DNA of 64,000 bases, from NCBI GenBank assembly GCA_019828565.1, contig JAHDYR010000001.1:310001-374000 (forward strand), given 5' to 3'. Position numbers and translations under genes: made by a program. This DNA is from Carpediemonas membranifera BICM (lineage: Eukaryota > Protista > Fornicata). How positions within the stretch are numbered: position 1 is the stretch's first letter; the number at the start of each line of letters is the position of its first letter. Below the pieces are notes generated by a model. The model saw only the letters and a list, made by a program, of their open reading frames with translations, did no database searches and was not told the origin of the DNA. Positions 10,083 to 20,549 of this stretch are shown here, in pieces.

Positions 10083-12110
10083 TTAAACCTCGTCAACCTG
10101 ATATGGGCTTTCCTCACCCCGCTCCTCCAGCAGCAATGCAGGGCCATGCCACGCGATGGGGTTCATCCGCCCTGTCGCAGGAACAGCGTGCATCTTACCG
10201 TCATCGCCCCATGCGAACGTTGGAACAGCTGAACCGTGGCGAGGAGTGACTGTCGCCCGGTGGCCCTGCCGACTCGTCCAGTCGAAAGAAAAGGGCACGC
10301 GCTTGGCCTTAGCGAGTTCAAACTGCCCGTCCCGATCCATCTGGAACAATCTGACTTCGTAGGGCAGAGTGAGCTTACCTCTCTGCTCGACCGCCCACTT
10401 GTCATCAGCAGAACCGCCAATAAACCCGCCGCGTGCATGTGCGACGATGCCAGACGGAGGCTCGAGTGCCAGATTCTTGAACGCGCTCGGGTGTCTCACA
10501 TCCTGCTGTCCAAAAAGATACGGAGGTAGACCGTCCTTCCATGACATGTCAGGCAAAGACGTCTCGTGCATTAGAATGTCGACAAAGCTTGCTTGGTTGT
10601 GGGTGAACGAGCCTGTGTTGGCGTATACGACGTCCGTATCGAGCGTTCTAGGGCATTCCTTGTCGTTGACTGTCATCCTGTCGCGAGTAAAATTTCGGAG
10701 CATCGGAATGTGGGTGTGGCTCACAATCTCCACTAAATACGGAGATTGGTGCATAAAATGGCCATATGTTCCAGCTAGTGATGAAGCAAGCATCGCCGCG
10801 GCCCGCCGAAGCCCCCATCTCGACCTGGCATGCTGGACTACTCCGACATACTCGGCAACGATATCCTGCACCGAAAGAGTCTCGCCGTCACGAAGACACA
10901 CGCTCTGGTCCGATATGTTAGACCATGAATCCATCCAGGATACGGTCATAGCTTTTCGCAGGATAGGCTCAAGAACGGCGCGGAAGTTCATGAAGTATAT
11001 GGCTACCTGGAGGGAAGCGGGGCCTGCCATCTGGACGGCGGTCTGCAGCAGGCGGTCAGGGGCACTCTGCATTGATCCAGCGGTCGCAGCACCACGTGAC
11101 ATGAAGTAACTGATCGCTGGGAGATCGTTGGCATGATCTCTGCGGCAAAACAGATCTTGTTCATGACCGTGTGTGATTCTGATCCCGTTGATGATGAGCG
11201 AAGGTGAGTCTACAACCACAATGCGGGGTCCAAAGCCTTCTGCCAGCTCAGCAGCGCTGAGCTCGTCGTCGTGGTTCCCTCGGAGGATGAAGACACGGAT
11301 CTGGTTCCTCGCAATCTTGTCGAGCATCTGTACGACGGTCTGGACGATCGGCTGCTGGAAATACTCGGTTGCGGTGGGCGGTCGCTGGTCGTTTTTGAAC
11401 AGCCATGCCTCGATCACATCACCGTTGAGCACGAGCGTGTGTACACAGGTGCTGGGTGACGTGAGTTCAGACAGCATTGCCATGAGGGCCTCATGCGATG
11501 TCTGTGTGTGCCAGTTCGAGCCAAGGTGCAGGTCAGAGATGATGCGGATGACATTCCTAGCAGTGTGGTCGACGGGGTCGAATAACGCGATATATGGCTC
11601 GGGGTAGACGATCTCTCGCCCCTCCTCGTCATGTGACGGCCTGTTGAGCGGGTCTGCGAGTGCTGCGGAGGAGAGAACCGTCATGGCACGCTCGGGATGA
11701 ACGGTTGCAGGGGTTGCCAGCATCTTGGTCATTGCTCGCTTCAGGGATGATACTAATTCCATGGCAGCACCGGTGGTGGTGTTGTTCCGTGGCTGAAGGG
11801 CCCGTGAAGGGGGAAGTGTTGGGAGTTCTTCGATGGTAACGCCGCTGCGAATCATCGACGTTTTCCACACAGGCCATGGCGCCACGATTGGCGTCTCCGT
11901 GGATAAAGGATCAATAGGCTGGAGCCATGGAGGAAGTGTGTCGTTATTCATTTCGTTTGATGAGACTGTTGTGATGTTGGAGTTTCGACCCAACCCGATT
12001 GGGCATAGAGCAGGGGAAAGGACGTGAGGCGGGGTGGTATGGCATGGGAGGATGTGGTGTGAGTGGTCAAGAGCATGTGGAGGGTTCCATGGCCCTGTCA
12101 TGGCAGACAT
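10083..12110 (-). CDS. Calcineurin-like metallophosphoesterase (LpxH/YbbF-like); start uncertain
   Basis: ISDLHLG, LNGDVIEAW, RGNHD, THGHEQD, SHTH and YANTGSF motifs in the canonical order. Confidence 0.85.
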   Translation of the reverse strand: MSAMTGPWNPPHALDHSHHILPCHTTPPHVLSPALCPIGLGRNSNITTVSSNEMNNDTLPPWLQPIDPLSTETPIVAPWPVWKTSMIRSGVTIEELPTLPPSRALQPRNNTTTGAAMELVSSLKRAMTKMLATPATVHPERAMTVLSSAALADPLNRPSHDEEGREIVYPEPYIALFDPVDHTARNVIRIISDLHLGSNWHTQTSHEALMAMLSELTSPSTCVHTLVLNGDVIEAWLFKNDQRPPTATEYFQQPIVQTVVQMLDKIARNQIRVFILRGNHDDELSAAELAEGFGPRIVVVDSPSLIINGIRITHGHEQDLFCRRDHANDLPAISYFMSRGAATAGSMQSAPDRLLQTAVQMAGPASLQVAIYFMNFRAVLEPILRKAMTVSWMDSWSNISDQSVCLRDGETLSVQDIVAEYVGVVQHARSRWGLRRAAAMLASSLAGTYGHFMHQSPYLVEIVSHTHIPMLRNFTRDRMTVNDKECPRTLDTDVVYANTGSFTHNQASFVDILMHETSLPDMSWKDGLPPYLFGQQDVRHPSAFKNLALEPPSGIVAHARGGFIGGSADDKWAVEQRGKLTLPYEVRLFQMDRDGQFELAKAKRVPFSFDWTSRQGHRATVTPRHGSAVPTFAWGDDGKMHAVPATGRMNPIAWHGPALLLEERGEESPYQVDEV

Positions 12111-12387
12111 AGCGAGCCGAACAAGGACGCGCAGGGGTGAATGAAACGCACCAGACCGCGGTACACCACATTCTTTCGAATGTTGCGTTCATTTTTCAAT
12201 CGCAAGTCCCTCTGTTTCAACAGTCTCAATCAGATGAATCCTTGACACCCCGGGAAAAATCCACCCAGTATCGCATTCCACCCACCCTCGACTCCTTGGA
12301 AGGTCCGTTGAGTCTTTCGGGCCGCAGCTTATGAACCTATCAGCACGACTCTTCGGCGAGTCAGCGAGCAACAGCGTCCGATCCGCG

Positions 12388-13511
12388 ATGAATACGCCTT
12401 CCGCGGGAACATATACCTCTAGTTTGTGTCCATTGAATCGTTATGTCGTTGTTGTTACACAGTGTCCTCCTATGCGCCCTCTCCAACGCAGCAGAGGCTT
12501 CAAATCCTCCAATCTCGCCTCTCTCAGAACAAGGATCGTCGTTCTGCAAGCCCCGAACGCACCCGATCATCATTAGGCATGAGCAGAACCATTGCTGCTC
12601 CAGAAAACGAGCCTGAGATTAACAACAACGAAGATACAAGGCCCGACTTCGAGGAGATCGCCAGGCACCAAGAACGAGTCAGTTCCAACGAGCAGCGCAT
12701 TGAAGAGCTCCGCCAGAGCTTCGAGAAGCTTTCTCTTGCCATGGAAAACGAAGAGGCCAAGCGCCGCGCGATGAACTCCACGTTCACTAAGAACTTCGCG
12801 CTCAAGATCGAGGAGCGCTTCATCAAGATCGAGACTGAGCTCAACACTCACGCGAAGATCTCTACAACTGCGGAGGAGGCCCGCCACAACCTCCGCAAGA
12901 CTTTGGACACCCGCACCGCCGCCTTCACGGACCGCCTCGCCGCCCTCGAGCACCGCGTTTCCCAGGCTGTTGACACTGTCGACAACCGCTGGGAGGAGCT
13001 CGACGACCGCCTCCGCGCGATGGCCAAGGATGTTGATTTCGCCAGAGACGCCGTGACGACGAACGAGGGTACTCTCTGGACAAGACTAACCAAGCAGCTC
13101 AACGCCATGCGCTCAGAGATGGCAGAGGACCGGCGCCGGCAGCGTGAGGTGGATGACGCCCGCATGCGCACGGTGGACGAAGGTGTCGCCTTCATCAAGG
13201 ACGGCCGCGATCAATGGCTTCGCATGTTTGACTACAAGCTCCTGCCCTTCCGTCAGAGCAGAGAGGAGGCTGAGGGACGCATGGAGAAGCGTGCTGACGA
13301 CCTCATGTCGGAGCTCGATACGCTAAAGCGCAAGGTCGCGGGCGTAACTGATGGAAACGACCTGACCCGTCTCGAAGACGCTCTAGCAAACATCCGGGAG
13401 GAGCTTGAGGAGGAGCGGCAGGAGAGGGAACGGACCGAAGGCCAGGTGTCGAAGCTCCTCGAGCTGCTCGTGGAGAAAGACGAGCTGGAGCTGGGCGAGC
13501 TGGAGATGTAA
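12388..13511 (+). CDS. Coiled-coil protein, possibly SF-assemblin/beta-giardin-like; intron at about 12422-12462
   Basis: Long heptad-rich E/R/K/L ORF with a Pro/Ser head. A GTTTGT...TACACAG intron links ATG 12388. Confidence 0.7.
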
Positions 13512-13787
13512 CACCGTGTACTGTAATAAACTGTTCTTTACTTGGGTTGGGGTGACTCAATTTGACTCGAGACCAACAACGACTTTCCGGCGGTTCAAAG
13601 TGAAGCCCGCAAAGGAAAACAGGAGAACAAAGGAGAGAAGGACGCGGTTCGCGAACCCAGCTCGGCTTTCCACCGATAAGACTATCTGGGACAATTTGAC
13701 TCGACTCGACTTCCCGCCGAACCGAAATCCCGCGCAATTGCACAAACTCCCATGGTTCGCGAACCTGGTTCCCCTGGATCCCCTAGA

Positions 13788-14481
13788 ATGTCTGTAGACC
13801 CGTATAACATCTCTCCGACGATGACTAATGTCTTCATTGGCATCTCCGGCCTCATTGGCGCGGGCAAGAGCACGCTTGCCGAGAAGCTTGCCAAGCGGCT
13901 CGATCTTCCCATCTTCAAGGAACCAGTGATCGATAACATCTACCTCGAGGACTTCTACAAGGTATGAATCCCCTTCTCCCTCGCTTTCACAGGACATGAA
14001 GAAGTACGCCTTCCCCCTCCAGGTCTACCTCCTCAACCAGCGCTTCAAGCAGCACCAGCAGATCATCTGGCAGGACATCGGTGGCGTGCAGGACCGCACG
14101 ATCTACGAGGACTCTGTGTTCGCCAAGGTCCTCCGTGACCAAGGCGACATGGAGGAACGGGACTACGAGACGTACCTGGAGCTCTTCAGAAACATGTCCA
14201 ACTTCATGCAGAAGCCGACCATGATCGTCCACCTCGATGTGACTCCGGAGGAGTCGATGCGGAGGGTCGAAATGAGAGCCCGCGGGTGTGAGACCGGAGT
14301 CCAGCTCGAGTACCTCCAGCGGCTGTACAAGGCGTACGAGGAGTTCATTGGGGCGATCGCGAAGGTCATCCCCGTGATCAAGATCCGCTGGGACGAGTTC
14401 AGGACAGTAGACGAGGTGGTCGACCGGATCGCACTCGAGTACGCCAAGCTCGCCAACGTGAGGACGGTGACGTTCGAGTAG
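13788..14481 (+). CDS. Deoxynucleoside kinase (dAK/dGK-type); intron 13962-13992
   Basis: GLIGAGKSTL P-loop, FKEPV, FY|DMKKYAFPLQVYLL, QDRTIYEDSVF, lid RVEMRARGCE and YLQRLYKAY. Confidence 0.93.
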
Positions 14482-14674
14482 GGGGTTGTAAATGGCTGCA
14501 GCGTTGTGCGTGTTTTTGTTCATTGCAAGGACGAGGATGAGAAGCAAGGTGAGCCGGGCGAAATGGAGGCGATGGTCGGATAGAACTCAGTGGTTGGAGT
14601 CAAGCCATGCAGTAACAGACTAACCTGCGTTTTCATTTCGACGCGAGGGCCATTTCTCGCGGAATCAACGCACT

Positions 14675-17600
14675 ATGGACATTCTTATGACGAAGGATCT
14701 TGCTTCAGCCAAGGAGAAACTTCGAACGACCATCCGCTACCTCGAGCATGACTCCCGCGTCAAAATTTCGAGCCAGAAAACTGATGCTCAAGTTCAGGCT
14801 GATGCAGAGTACCTTGGAAAAATTCAGGACCGTCTTCTCGCTCTACCAAACGCGATCGATACCGTTCTCAACGGGGTACTTGCCTCCGTTGCTGAAATCC
14901 GCGATCATTTTGCCTCATCCCTGGCGCCCGTCGTGGACCAATACGAGACCGTAGAGGACTACGTACGCCGCGCCATGGGACTCGACGACGAGGACGACGA
15001 CCCCAACGATGCTATGCAAACAGCAGGCCAGCTTTTGGCGACAGTTACATGCGTGGAGGACGATGCCAAGGCTCTCGCGGCCATGCCGATGGACCATACG
15101 TCATTCGACAAGTTTCGCGAGTTCTCTGACTCCTCCCGTGCAGTCACTGAGCATGTGTCCGCCTTTTGCAACTCAGTCAAGCCGCCGTTGAAGTATAAGT
15201 CGCCCCTTGCCGAGATGAAGCGGATCATAGCCCAGCTGGAGAGCCTGGAACAGGTAGGGACCATGCTAGACGCTGCCTCGATCACGGTATCAGATGTGGC
15301 AGCGAAGGTTGCATCCTCTAACACTCCCTCTGCCAAACGACACAAGCCAACCCGAGGACGGAATGAAATGGCGGCTCTCAATCAGATAGTCAAGAACGCG
15401 AGGTCCAACTCTCGCGTCCCTGAGCGTGAACCAGCCATCATTCGCACTATTCGAGCGGCAAAGCAGAGCGCCGAGCTCGCCGAACGTGAGCTGAAGAGTT
15501 ACCGGCAGCAGATCTCGGCCGGGTGCCCCGAGTGCCGCCAGTGGGAAGCCAAGGTCGTCGCCCTCCGCCAGCAGCTGTATTCTCGCGTGAAACACGTCCC
15601 CATCGGCCAGCGGATGTCCCCTGCTCCACTGGCGTCGGCCAGCCCAGCACGTACCAGGGCACAATCGGCCACGCCGACCAGGGCGCACGCAGCCGGACGT
15701 AGAGATGCAACACCTGTGCTTTTCAGTCCAAACGCCTCTGTGCCTCTGTCTGCAATCAGACGATGGGACTCGAAGGACAGGGTCGACGCGGCTGAATACG
15801 ACGACGAGGAGGAGGGCGCTGTGCCGAGGCCGCACTCTGTGGCCCTGCCAGCTATCGGATCAGGCCATGGCCTGGGCGATGATGGCCCCGAGTCAGAGAA
15901 ACCAGCGAAGACAGTGGAGACAGGCGAGGCAGCATTACAGACAGACGCACCCGACCTCGCTGACGAAGGGACCCAGACATTGGCCGCTGCTGAGCCCGAA
16001 GAGGACGCCCCTGTGTATTCCTTCGAGCCACAGATCGTGTATCATCTGCCGACGATCACAGAGGCAGAAGAGGATATAGCCAGCTCTGAGCTATCCACTG
16101 ACCGCTCAGACGCGTCTACGGACTCAGTCGCATCCATACGTACGCTAGAGGTTGAAGACGGGTCGGATGCACTCACAGCCTCGCCGCGGTCGGGTAATGC
16201 CACAGTCGCCGCGACTCCGAACCACCCTCTGATGACAACAGTGATGTTAGATAGCGAGACTGATGACATGACTCAGAGCCAGGACGACTTTATCGACTCG
16301 GAAGACAATGACAGAACAAGTGCCCCGAACGTCCCCTTGCTGGACGACACAGCGGATGAGGATGATGAGGTCGCCGCAGAAGGCAGCGAGGGTGGAGAGG
16401 CAACCCCGATCGGGGCTCGTGCGAGCTTCAGTGACGACTTTACAGTCGACTCGGCCGAGTCGGATGGCTATGAGCAAGATCCGGAGCCGAGGTCAAGGAG
16501 CTGCACCCCGAGGACGAGCGCAGACGAGGTGTCAGAGGTCCGGTTGCTCAGCGCAAGGTCGGGGGAGCGGTTGCGTGGTGAGACTGAAGAGCACGAAGGG
16601 GGCGATGAACACGTGGATGAAGAGAAGAAGGAAGAGGACGAGCACAAGGAGGAGGAGGAAGAAGAAGCTGGGACCGATGACCAGGGCGAGGGCTCTGTCC
16701 CAGCGCACGTGGGCATCTCGAGACCGGACTCGGCATCCTCAGTCGACGAGATCATGGGCGATGAAGACGGGCCCTCTCGTATCAGATCGGTCGTCTCAGC
16801 CTCATCAATTGATGAAATTGTCTCAGACGGCGAGCACGGTCCCAGTAAGATCAGATCCATGGACTCGGCCTCCTCGGTTGAAGAGATCGTCTCAGATTCA
16901 CAGCGCCCGTCCAGGATTTCCAGGCCAGAGTCAGCCTCGAGCGTGGACGAGCTTAGCACACCCAACAGCACGCGAGAGGACGGTCCCGCGGCCATTGCTC
17001 GGCCCGAGTCGGCCTCGAGTATTGATGAGATCCTTGAGCCAGACCATCCGGCTAAGATTGCCAGACCCGACTCGGCATCCTCAGTCGAAGAGATCATCGG
17101 TGAAGACGACCCTGCCCGTATTTGTCGGCCCGAATCTGCTTCTTCGGTCGAGACATTGGAATCCGCCTTTGTGGATGTCGACGAGGCAGACTTGGACCAA
17201 CCCAGAGTCGACGACGAGGCCGAGTTACACGCGATGCACCGCAATATCTCAAAGTCACTTGACCCGCACACCTTGTCCCATTCCCCACTCCCACCCCGGC
17301 CGAGACAGAGCTCTATGCCCTACGACAGTGACCTTGTCGCATCATCTGATGACTTGGTAATGAGTGATGACAACAACACCGGCGAGTCTGCCCCGCAGCT
17401 ACCGCCGCATGATGATATCACGTACAACTCGGCGACTTCACTCGTTAACACCCGCGGGAACACTACCGGGTCCGACACCCCTCTGGTGGCCTCCAACAAG
17501 CATTTACCGCCGTATGAGTCGTCTGACACGCTCGACGAGCAGACACCTAGGCCCGCGGAGGAGGACCTCGGCAACTTCATGCTCACTCGACTGTGTGACT

Positions 17601-18796
17601 CGGCCGTCCCTGGTGTAATCCGTACACTGTGCCTGTGTCCTCCTAGGAGACCCATCATGGCGGCCGCTGAGCAGCTATCGAGCAGGAAACCGCTCAAGAA
17701 ACAGCCAGCGAAGCAGCAAGACATCGAAGCACTCGCCAACCCCTTCGAGAATCTCCTTGAACACGCCCCACACCGCGCCCTGTCCGTCTACAGCGCCATG
17801 AGCAGTGTTACACCAGAAACCCTCGCCTCAAGCAACGCCAGAGAGCTTGATGGAGTCGATGAGGAGGACGAGAGCACCGAGCTCACGGTTGACGAGGATA
17901 TCACTGGGTCGGCCGGTAGCCTGAGCGTCCAGGACGCAGAGTCGACCGCAACTGTCATAGCTGGATCTACTGACGGAAAGGTCACAATCTGGGAAATATT
18001 TGACGGTCGGATCGAATCTTCTACAGTCATGGCGGGTCACTCAGAGGGCGTCAACCAGGTCGTAGCAGAGCCAGGGACGGACACGCGGCCGCCGCTCGCA
18101 GCATCGTGCTCGGACGACCGCACCATTGTCATATGGGACCTTGACCGTGCGGTCATCAGGCGGCGACTCCGGGCAGCAGCCCCGGCGCTGTGTTGCGCAT
18201 TTGCACACATCCCTGATAACGGCGAAAAGGTGCTGAGTGTTGCGGTCGGATCGTACAAGTTGGTCAATATCTTCAATATCGAGACCGGCCAAGCGATACA
18301 CGCGTTACACCACGGCGACGGTCTCAACGTCTACACGCTCGCCTGCCACCCAACGCTCCCCATCATTGCCTCTGGTGGCGACGACAAACGCGTGCGCCTC
18401 TGGTCTTCGAACGACGGCAAGCTTGTCACTTCTCTGGCACCACACAAATCCTGGGTCATGCGAGGTGTGTTCACCCACGACGGCTTATTGTGCACGACCG
18501 ACCAGGCGGGGTATCTTCGTATGTCAGACAGCAACGGTAACATATTAGGGTCGACCCGCGGGCACAACGGGGCTGCGACTGCCGTGCTCGAGGTTTCCCT
18601 GGAGCATGTGCTGACTGTTGGGACTGACGGTCAAGCTGTGATTTATGGGCGGCAGGGAACGGTTGATAAGTTTACGACTGGACACCTCAGCTCTGTGTAT
18701 GACGCGGCATTCGACCAAGAGAAGGGTATTCTGGTCACGGCCGGCAGTGATAGAACACTGCGCGTGATGATGGTTCGAGCCAAGGAATGTTTGTAG
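14675..18796 (+). CDS. Large protein: N-terminal helical/coiled coil, acidic disordered middle with peptide repeats, C-terminal WD40 propeller
   Basis: 1373-aa ORF with WD motifs GSTDGKVTIWE, SCSDDRTIVIWD, SGGDDKRVRLW and TAGSDRTLRV. Confidence 0.85.
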   Translation: MDILMTKDLASAKEKLRTTIRYLEHDSRVKISSQKTDAQVQADAEYLGKIQDRLLALPNAIDTVLNGVLASVAEIRDHFASSLAPVVDQYETVEDYVRRAMGLDDEDDDPNDAMQTAGQLLATVTCVEDDAKALAAMPMDHTSFDKFREFSDSSRAVTEHVSAFCNSVKPPLKYKSPLAEMKRIIAQLESLEQVGTMLDAASITVSDVAAKVASSNTPSAKRHKPTRGRNEMAALNQIVKNARSNSRVPEREPAIIRTIRAAKQSAELAERELKSYRQQISAGCPECRQWEAKVVALRQQLYSRVKHVPIGQRMSPAPLASASPARTRAQSATPTRAHAAGRRDATPVLFSPNASVPLSAIRRWDSKDRVDAAEYDDEEEGAVPRPHSVALPAIGSGHGLGDDGPESEKPAKTVETGEAALQTDAPDLADEGTQTLAAAEPEEDAPVYSFEPQIVYHLPTITEAEEDIASSELSTDRSDASTDSVASIRTLEVEDGSDALTASPRSGNATVAATPNHPLMTTVMLDSETDDMTQSQDDFIDSEDNDRTSAPNVPLLDDTADEDDEVAAEGSEGGEATPIGARASFSDDFTVDSAESDGYEQDPEPRSRSCTPRTSADEVSEVRLLSARSGERLRGETEEHEGGDEHVDEEKKEEDEHKEEEEEEAGTDDQGEGSVPAHVGISRPDSASSVDEIMGDEDGPSRIRSVVSASSIDEIVSDGEHGPSKIRSMDSASSVEEIVSDSQRPSRISRPESASSVDELSTPNSTREDGPAAIARPESASSIDEILEPDHPAKIARPDSASSVEEIIGEDDPARICRPESASSVETLESAFVDVDEADLDQPRVDDEAELHAMHRNISKSLDPHTLSHSPLPPRPRQSSMPYDSDLVASSDDLVMSDDNNTGESAPQLPPHDDITYNSATSLVNTRGNTTGSDTPLVASNKHLPPYESSDTLDEQTPRPAEEDLGNFMLTRLCDSAVPGVIRTLCLCPPRRPIMAAAEQLSSRKPLKKQPAKQQDIEALANPFENLLEHAPHRALSVYSAMSSVTPETLASSNARELDGVDEEDESTELTVDEDITGSAGSLSVQDAESTATVIAGSTDGKVTIWEIFDGRIESSTVMAGHSEGVNQVVAEPGTDTRPPLAASCSDDRTIVIWDLDRAVIRRRLRAAAPALCCAFAHIPDNGEKVLSVAVGSYKLVNIFNIETGQAIHALHHGDGLNVYTLACHPTLPIIASGGDDKRVRLWSSNDGKLVTSLAPHKSWVMRGVFTHDGLLCTTDQAGYLRMSDSNGNILGSTRGHNGAATAVLEVSLEHVLTVGTDGQAVIYGRQGTVDKFTTGHLSSVYDAAFDQEKGILVTAGSDRTLRVMMVRAKECL
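16710..17160 (+). repeat. Coding tandem repeat, about 7-8 imperfect copies of I(S/A)RP(D/E)SASS(V/I)(D/E)EI
   Basis: Visible in the translation and in recurring TCGGC(A/C)TC(C/G)TC(A/G)GT-like DNA at roughly 55-65 nt spacing. Confidence 0.9.
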
Positions 18797-18874
18797 GATT
18801 TATGATATGGGATGGTTTTTGTACATATGGCATATTAAAGGCTCTTTCTTTCGCAAACCTCAGTGAATAGGCAG

Positions 18875-19180
18875 AGCCCAGTCAAGATTAAGCTGAATGA
18901 GGTCAACCCAAACGCTGCCGTCTGGACTCCGTGGGGCTGCTCGCTGTGCTTGTCGTACTAGCCCCCCTTGCTTGAGACTGCAGATGAAGAGACTGTGACC
19001 TCACCTCAAGTCACTATGATCTAATGGAAGACCTAGCACCTTGCAAACTCTACTTTCCACTAAACTGCACATCCCGACCTTATTCTGCGGGTCTGTCACG
19101 ATGACGGCGTCACAGTGTCTTAAGAGAAACGTGCAGTTTAGCGCGACATGATGGTGTGCTGAATCTCAACAGGGAATAGC
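18875..19180 (-). ncRNA. Candidate RNase P/MRP-family structured RNA, about 300 nt
   Basis: Minus-strand-specific G-U helices. Terminal stem CCCUGUUGAGAUU/AAUCUUGACUGGG. An 18-bp P3-like stem is followed directly by GGAAAGU, and a P19-like hairpin is followed by CR-V-like ACCUCAUUCAGCUUA. CR-I is atypical and P2 was not found. Confidence 0.45.
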
Positions 19181-19318
19181 TAATTACGGCTCTGGCGGCG
19201 CCAATCGCCTGCACTAAACAGTTGATTTGCTGACCTCTCTGGATGGGCCTCGAGTCAATCGATTCCACCGTGTTGCACAGCCGAGTTTTTGGCGAGACTC
19301 TTATCACTCATTTATTAC

Positions 19319-19914
19319 TTAGAACACAAAGAGCATGGCCATGAGGACGGCACCGAGGGCGACGAAGACCTTGGGGGCGGCCGAGAGGTAGGCGTAGGAC
19401 TTGAAGTAGACCGCCTCGTTCTGGTTGCAGGGGGTGACGGTGATGGTCATGTTGCGCTCGTCCATGGGGATGGCGTTGATCGTGGAGATGAGAGAGTCAA
19501 TGACCCAGGTCATGTCAACGTCGGGAAGGCCGAAGGCCTTGGTGATCTCGTCAACGACCTTCTGGATGTCCTCGGTAGGGATGGTCATGTCGAGGTTCTG
19601 GAAGCCGTCGTTCTCGACGCAGGTCTATGTGATCGAAGAAATGTGTGACGAACGAAGTTGAAGTTGCCGTTGGTGTTCTGGAACTGGTCCTGCGCCTCGG
19701 TGCTGTTGAAGTTGATCCAGATGGAGACAGAGTCGCCAGGGATGTGAGTAGTATCCCCTGTGTAACGCTATGCGGGCTCCAAAGGCCACAAACAAGTGAT
19801 GTTGTGCTTCTCGCCAACAGCGAGCATCTCACCCATCACGGGGTAAGTGAGGGGCTCAATAGTGATACTGCAGAAAGCGACGGCTACAAGAAGAAGAGCA
19901 ACGATGAACTTCAT
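19319..19914 (-). CDS. Secreted, probably GPI-anchored small surface protein; two introns
   Basis: Signal peptide MKFIVALLLVAVAFC. The spliced NITWDTTHIPGDSVSIWINF resembles a Kre9/Ig-like start. Hydrophobic C-terminal tail SAAPKVFVALGAVLMAMLFVF. Two GTT...AG introns restore the frame. Confidence 0.75.
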
Positions 19915-20549
19915 GAGTTTCTCGACGAGTGTGTCTTTTCTACTGAGAAAATCTCACCCAAAATCCCGCAATCCCAATCCCAATCTTTGGAGTATGTCGC
20001 CAGATTGGGAGAATCAGCAGTTTCCAGATTCACGTTTCCATATATCCCTCAATTCCGTTGGCAAGACCCTGGCGGCCAATTGGTCGCAGTCAAGACCTGT
20101 CTGGATACGCTCAACCCTACTTTTTCGAATCAAGCCCGCTTGACGCAATCAGAAAATGAGCAACAATTCACTGAACTGAATAAAGTGTCGAATGCCGGCT
20201 AATTGGAACAGATCAGGTCCATTCTCCACATTCAAACTGCTGGCAGATTTGACGACGAGGCCCTGCAGCCTGATGTAATCATGCAGCGTACACATCGATG
20301 GATGGGGCGAGTGTCACACAGTGCAGCCCCACCAACCATCTCTTTTAGCCGGGGTTTGATGACACGAGAGCTGGCACCAGTCTACTCCGGAGTTCATTCA
20401 TTCAAGATGCCCATATCGCCGAGCAGCAGCAAAGGCACCGTTCCACACGCGTCAGACCGTGTTGTATCACTGATAGAGTCAATAATTCGAATGATACGAG
20501 CCAGATACTGACGATCGTCTCGCGATCTTGGAGACAAACTGCTAACTAT

